Shown here piece after piece: positions 10,401-15,094 of a stretch of 15,094 nt of DNA. The stretch spans positions 1 through 15,094 of the forward strand of contig JBHGNT010000817.1 of assembly GCA_043228905.1 (NCBI GenBank), read 5' to 3'. Source of the DNA: Azolla caroliniana (Eukaryota; Plantae; Polypodiophyta). The position numbers were made by a program, and so were the translations under genes. Positions within the stretch are counted from its first letter, which is position 1, and each line of letters starts with the position of its first letter. The notes beneath the pieces were generated by a model. That model searched no databases. It had not been told where the DNA came from and saw only the letters and a list, made by a program, of their open reading frames with translations.

Positions 10401-11289
10401 GGACCAAGGGTACTCGGTAGCTCAAGCTTTGAGATCTCGTTGCCATGGCATCGAGAACCTTGCATGGTAAGGATTATTTATAGGTGTCTTTCATTATATT
10501 GCAATTCTTAAGGTTGTTGAATCTATTCTTAACTCGATGAATTATTTTTTATAGGATCAAGACCAATGTAAATAGAGGGCCAACTTTTCGGTTCGTTAAT
10601 GCCATTGAATACATAACGGTTGGCTACTTCGATGAAATTAAGAAACAGAGAATCAAAGAGCATTCTAATGAAGTGGGAGGTTCAAATCTGTTGGTATATC
10701 CAGCAGTGACTCGGAAATTGCGACATGTCACCACGACAGAACGGGGACTTGTCAACCCATACCAAAAACCTCAACGACTTATGATGCGCTTGATCAAGAT
10801 GTTTTCTGTCGAAGGAGACTGGATATTAGATCTCTTTTCTGGCACAGGTATTCCTCGAACTAGGGTAACGATCTTGAGATAACCAATCACTTTTTTTTCG
10901 TTTGACAACTAAATCTTCTTGTTACTTACATCATAGGAACTACGTCAGCATGTGCATTGAAGCTGTTTAGAAATACAGTTGCATTGGAGAAGGACGAGGA
11001 CCAAGTTATATTTATTAATATGCGGATTAAGGCTTTGTGGGAGTGCCTAGACCAGGATGAGGAGGTCGGTGCAAAGAACCTCGCCAATACAGAAAGGTTG
11101 CAACCTGCTTCGCGAGAGCCTATTCCTCCGTTAGCCGGCGAACCGGGGGAGCTAATAGAGCTTGATGATGAGCTTATAGAAGATATTTCGTTGGCTCGGC
11201 TAACAGGGGAAACCAATGCACGTATAGCCGAAGACAGTTCTACACAAGATGATGAAGAAAATGACGTTGATGAATTGATTGCTATGTAA
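7428..11289 (+). CDS. Six-exon gene, 974 aa: ParB/Srx-like domain fused to a beta-class N6-adenine/N4-cytosine DNA methyltransferase
   Basis: Predicted exons 7428-7462, 8064-9701, 9778-9916, 10000-10466, 10555-10847 and 10937-11289. All introns are GT-AG with compatible phases; 2925 nt with no internal stop. MTase motifs in beta order: CGDVID, MIADIPYG (motif IV, 10261-10272), AW|IK, EYITV, NPYQKPQRLMMRLI, GDWILDLFSGTG|TT (motif I), VALEKD. ParB-like region has IRE..HVQNLKKKM..VPFIVMV..YFVIGGSHSAEARRQL. Confidence 0.85.
7513..7637. repeat. Three palindromes CTCGATACG-S-CGTATCGAG in intron 1 of the inner MTase gene
   Basis: 7513-7537 (12-bp arms), 7561-7593 (16-bp arms), 7619-7637 (9-bp arms); centres at 7525, 7577 and 7628. 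Confidence 0.95.
8064..9701 (+). CDS. Exon 2 of ParB-MTase gene (ParB/Srx-like domain ~8836-9240)
   Basis: Contains the 537-aa track ORF. Acceptor TTTCTTAAATAG at 8063; donor GTAAGT at 9702. Confidence 0.8.
10000..10466 (+). CDS. Exon 4 of ParB-MTase gene (catalytic DIPY motif)
   Basis: Acceptor TTCTATTAG at 9999, donor GTAAGG at 10467; in frame with track ORF 10123..10470. Confidence 0.85.
10555..10847 (+). CDS. Exon 5 of ParB-MTase gene (PYQKP; DLFSGTG SAM-binding motif)
   Basis: Acceptor TTTTTTATAG at 10554, donor GTATTC at 10848. Confidence 0.85.
10937..11289 (+). CDS. Exon 6 of ParB-MTase gene (end of motif I, motif II, acidic tail)
   Basis: Acceptor CATCATAG at 10936. Splicing gives FSGTGTTSACALKLFRNTVALEKD. 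Confidence 0.85.
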
Positions 11290-11709
11290 TAGACTCTATA
11301 AAGAATATGACACTGACGATTTGTTAAGATTTCACATTATTAATACAAATTTTGGGTTTTACCTAGTGGATTCTATTCTTTATAATCTTCTATATGTTTC
11401 AATTTTATTTTTATATACTTGATTAGTAGATTTATGACATTGGTTTCACCGCGTGCATAGCTGACTACCAAACTTATGGAGAAACATGAACTAGTTTAAA
11501 TGGAGGCTGATTTTGGTCCAAGCTAACCTTAACAGAACATGACCCTATAATTGTTGCCATGACTGTCCATGTTGTTATTATGGATCTTTGTCTTCTATTG
11601 TTAAAACTATTATGTTTCTATTCCATTGCTGCTTAGATTGTGTAGTGTGTTGATAATGGTTCCAGTTGCGTTATCGTTCGGAGTTTGATCTTGTGTGAAT
11701 CACCTAAGC

Positions 11710-11968
11710 AATAGAGTAGATCAATTTTAAATACAGGTATGAAAGCCTAATAGGTTTGTTATTTCCACGACATTATCCTAAAGTTCACTGCCTTACATTG
11801 TGCACAATTATATACACATATGGTTTGATCCCATATGAACAAACTGAGGAATAGATTAGATCAACTTTAAATACAAGTATTGAATACTTTAATAAGTTAG
11901 TTATTCCAATCACTTATCCTAATGTGCACTATCCTACATTTTCCACAATTACATACATGCACGTATGG
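11710..11968. repeat. Diverged tandem duplication, 140-bp period, subterminal
   Basis: AATAGAGTAGATCAATTTTAAATACAGGTAT at 11710 vs AATAGATTAGATCAACTTTAAATACAAGTAT at 11850; similarity continues through TTATCCTAA and CACAATTA. Confidence 0.8.
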
Positions 11969-12301
11969 GTCAAAGTATAAATTATATCTCATTTTATTAG
12001 TATGGATACAAGTACACCTCATATTTTTGTAAAACCTACCTAATTAATATAAGTCTTTAAGTTAGTGTTTCCCTTGTCGCACAATAGTGCCATATTGAGC
12101 CATAGTTGAACTTTATTATGCCTACATTAACTTATCAACATGTCTAAACTTGCATGATTTCTAATGATCTCCACTCGTAGATCTATCATGTATTTTTATA
12201 TTTGCAAATTCTCATCAAGTTGAGGAACATGTGATACTAGTGCATCCAATTATTGTAGAGAGGGTGTATTTGCTTCGTTTTAAGAAGATTCTACAAGTGG
12301 A

Positions 12302-12337
12302 ATGCGCAATCCTTCCACTTGTGAACGCGAACGTGTT
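12302..12337 (-). repeat. Right TIR of inner transposon
   Basis: ATGCGCAATCCTTCCACTTGTGAACGCGAACGTGTT, followed by GTCA. Confidence 0.95.
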
Positions 12338-12341
12338 GTCA

Positions 12342-12485
12342 AACGAAATACAGAGAATAACCAGAAGCAATTCTCATAACCACAAAGATGTTGGGTTGGA
12401 ATTGGATGAGGATAATGCTTTGATTGCCACTGATGATGAGGATGAGACGTCAGAAGGCTCTTCTAGTCCATCAGACATGTCTTAA
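12342..12485 (+). pseudogene. Displaced C-terminal end of the outer transposase
   Basis: NEIQRITRS..LELDEDNALIATDDEDE matches QRQTRS..LVYDEDNALIGTSEDDEE of the inner transposase. In frame with 988-3465 after excision. Confidence 0.9.
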
Positions 12486-12776
12486 TATATTGGTTTGGTT
12501 CAAGCTGGGGATTGTTTTACTACATGATCGGAAACTTTGTAAATTTGTTTTGGATGTAAACTCACGAATATGTATAATTGTAACTGGTAGACATGTTGTA
12601 CATTATTTTGTAATTTTGGTGATGTATTTTTGGAGGCATTTTACTTATGACTCAAAGTGGTAGTCATGTTGAAATTCAATATATTTTGCCACCTTTTCTG
12701 AAAAGCTTTACGCATGCGTCGTGTCTTTTTTAAAACTGTGTGCTTTTGTGCCCTTTTTGGACGTAGTGTTCTCATA

Positions 12777-12812
12777 ATGCGACATATTACCTGTTTCAAA
12801 TGACCCGGTGTT
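12777..12812 (-). repeat. Candidate right TIR of the outer transposon
   Basis: ATGCGACATATTACCTGTTTCAAATGACCCGGTGTT has the same length and ATGCG...GTGTT ends as the inner TIR (20/36 ungapped). It ends ~330 bp after the transposase stop (inner element ~360 bp). Confidence 0.55.
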
Positions 12813-13072
12813 TAATGAGCTTTCACATTCCCCATGACCCATGAGCTTCAATAGTTAATGAAGAGAGAGAGTGACTATATAAAGCACTCTCCTCCTACTT
12901 TGTAAGATGTTTGGTTAATCTCCTTTGTAATATACATTCTCTTGAGTATTCTATTCTTGTTTCAAATCTATCTATCTTGTGTTTCTCTCTCTCTCTCTCT
13001 CATACACACACACACTCACAACACATATCTCTCGTCTATTCCGCTGTCAAGAATCACCACTGATTATTTACA
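12813..13072 (+). repeat. 5' LTR remnant of the copia element (5' boundary uncertain)
   Basis: TATATAA at ~12876, (CT)n(CA)n tract at ~12984-13026, ends TTTACA directly before the PBS. Confidence 0.65.
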
Positions 13073-13084
13073 TGGTATCAAAAC
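13073..13084 (+). promoter_or_regulatory. Primer-binding site, tRNA-iMet type
   Basis: TGGTATCAAAAC vs canonical TGGTATCAGAGC (two G>A differences). Confidence 0.8.
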
Positions 13085-13227
13085 GGTTTAGTAGCTCCAT
13101 CTAGCCCATCCGCGTGTGTTGAGCTCTACGCCGACGTTCAAGAAGAACCGGTTCATCGCTATCATAGTGTGACTACATAGCTTGTATTCAAGAGAGAAGA
13201 AGAAGGAAGAAATCTACATCGAACACC

Positions 13228-15094
13228 ATGAATACTCAAATGGGGAGCGCTCTCCCTAGCGAGAAGTTGGACCGAAACAACTTCGCATCTTGGGAGTACA
13301 AGATGCACCAATACCTTGTCGGCCAAGGCTATTGGGGTTACATCAAGGGAGCACAAGAAAACCGACCCAACCCGAAAGACGCCCACTACTCAACATGGGA
13401 GCAAGCGGTGAGTCGAGTAATGTATTGCTTGGAGACATGTGTTCACGACCACATGCTCAGTTACATTCGAGAAGCCAAGACGCCGAAGGAAGCGTGGGAA
13501 AATCTACGAAAGATTTTCACCGCCAACATGACCGCGAGGAAGCTTCAACTCCGCCAAGAGTTGAACAACATCCAACAACGGGACATGTCCATCACAAGCT
13601 ACACCTTGAGGATCAAGGAGCTTTGTGACTTGCTCGGCTCAATAAGCGTCAATGTGGATGATGATGAGATTGTGCAAATATGCCTCGGCGGCCTTGCACC
13701 ACGGTTCGGCTCGATGAGAACCGTCGTCCTAGCAAGGGAGAATCCTCCCTCTTTCTTTGATCTTCAATCTATGTTATTGGTCGAAGAGAATCATGTTCGA
13801 ACAAGGAGCAACGCCTCGGAAGGCCACATGCTCTACACGCATTCAAATGAGGAAGAGGACGCGGCCGAGCAAGAGGCCGATTCGGCCAAGGACGAGGCGG
13901 CGGACGAGGTTCGACTTACGACAACAACTCCCAAATTCGGCAACAAAATGAAAGCCATCGAGGAACCTTCGGAAGAAGGGGGAGCTTCCATTCCGAGTCG
14001 ACAAAACTCGATCGAATGCGGTTATTGCGGAAAAATCAGCCACCATGAAGAAGAGTGTTGAAAGAAGAAGCATGAGTCAGCTTCCACAAGCCGACAACTC
14101 ACCAATTACACCACCAACTCCGACTATGAAGATCATGGCGGAATGTTTATAATGAGACATAGAGCAAATCCTATGTCGGCCTCTACTTCGACTAATGCCT
14201 CCAATCCGGAAGATGTATGGTTCGTCGACTCCAGTGCTTCGAACCATATGACGTCCCATCAAGAATGGTTCAAAGACCTCCGAGAGCTGGATCGACCCAG
14301 TTATGTTGAGACCGGAGACGACACCACTCATCTGATTCGGCATGTCGGCAATGTCCCATTCGGGAAAGAAGGTGAACAAACTTGCATAAAAAATGTCTTA
14401 CATGTACGCACCATAACGAAGAATTTGGTCTTGATCAGCCAATTTGTGGAGCAAGGGATGCAAGTTTGATTCAACCAAGGAGGTTGCTTCATCAAGAAGG
14501 AAGGCTGACTAATTGCTCGTGGTCGAAGGGAAGGCCGAATGTTTATCCTCGAAGCGAACGAGGTAAAATCGGACATGTTTGCAAAGGGCCTCAAACACAA
14601 CACCGACATAGAGCTATGGCATAAAAGAATCGGCCATATCAATCTCAACAAACTCAAGGCGATGCAATCAAAAGGAGTCGTCATTGGGCTCCCGACCTTC
14701 AAAGAGAAAGAGATTGAAGGAGTATGTGAACCATGCCAATTCGGCAAGCAACATCAACACCCATTCCCGAAGGAGAGGAACGTGAGCAAAGGCCTATTGG
14801 ACGTAGTCCACTCGGATGTGTGGGGACCGGCACAGACGGCTACGTTTGGAGGATGTCGGTACTATGTTACCTTCATCGATGACTTCTCTAGATACACATG
14901 GATCTTTCCCATGAGGATGAAGAGTGAAGTGTTTACACATTTCCAAAAATTCAAAAGCGAAGTCGAAAAGACAACTGGGCGTCATGTACGATGTCTTCGG
15001 TCAGACGGAGGAAAGGAATACTTCTCCGATGCGTTCACGGCATACCTTCGACAAGAAGGAATTCGACGAGAATTCACTTGCCGACACTCACCAC
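13228..15094 (+). pseudogene. Copia gag-pol pseudogene (gag, zinc knuckle, protease, integrase)
   Basis: KLDRNNFASW, CGYCGKISHHEEEC, WFVDSSASNHMT, LWHKRIGH, CEPCQFGK, VHSDVWGP, FIDDFSRYTW, LRSDGGKEY. In-frame TGA at 14059, 14467 and 14506. Probable compensating frameshifts around 13850-13990, where a GRGRGR linker lies in another frame. Confidence 0.92.

Larger units (their letters stand above)
3466..12337. mobile_element. Inner DNA transposon (~8.87 kb, Sola-like) carrying a transposase and a ParB-DNA methyltransferase gene; apparently intact
   Basis: TIRs 3466-3501 and 12302-12337 match 35/36. Flanked by GTCA (3462-3465, 12338-12341); an alternative reading is 3467-12336 with a TGTCAA 6-bp TSD. 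Removing it restores the frame of the interrupted transposase (..PNMVS|NEIQRITRS..). Confidence 0.93.
1..12812. mobile_element. Outer, older related DNA transposon (left part beyond the window), interrupted by the inner element
   Basis: Same divergent gene pair as the inner element, in opposite orientation. Transposase split at 3465/12342. Candidate right TIR at 12777-12812. Confidence 0.75.
12813..15094 (+). mobile_element. Decayed Ty1/copia LTR retrotransposon (5' part; continues beyond the window)
   Basis: LTR remnant ending in CA at 13072, then PBS, gag, CCHC knuckle, protease and integrase in copia order. Confidence 0.93.

Noticed and set aside
7428-11289. Bacterial contamination or restriction-modification system
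   Set aside because: GT-AG introns, a TATA promoter, an adjacent copia element and no restriction endonuclease gene.
12231-12341. N-terminal part of track ORF 12231..12485
   Set aside because: It is inner subterminal and TIR sequence; only the part after the TSD is homologous to transposase.
12538-12544. TGTAAAT as LTR start (7-bp inverse of ATTTACA at 13066-13072)
   Set aside because: It lies ~50 bp after the outer transposase stop in probable 3' UTR and upstream of the candidate TIR. Likely chance in AT-rich DNA, but not excluded without the 3' LTR.
106-14985. Remaining short or antisense ORFs in the track
   Set aside because: Shadows of the real genes or of repeats, with no recognisable motifs.

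Overview
Eukaryotic, probably plant (moss-like) repeat-rich DNA with three nested mobile elements. (1) An apparently intact ~8.87-kb DNA transposon (3466-12337) has 36-bp TIRs and a target-site duplication. It carries two divergent genes: a 926-aa DDD transposase (Sola-like/DUF7869-type, with a C-terminal BAH/Tudor-like barrel) and a six-exon gene that splices into one 974-aa ORF, fusing a ParB/Srx-like domain to a bacterial-type beta-class N6-adenine/N4-cytosine DNA methyltransferase. (2) It is inserted, inverted, into the 3' end of the transposase gene of an older relative (<1 to ~12812) with the same divergent two-gene layout and premature stops. In both elements intron 1 of the methyltransferase-type gene holds palindromes with a CGAT-N7-ATCG core at a 51-52 bp period. 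(3) A decayed Ty1/copia retrotransposon follows on the right; its 5' LTR appears truncated by the outer element. All family calls come from motif recognition by eye, without database searches.
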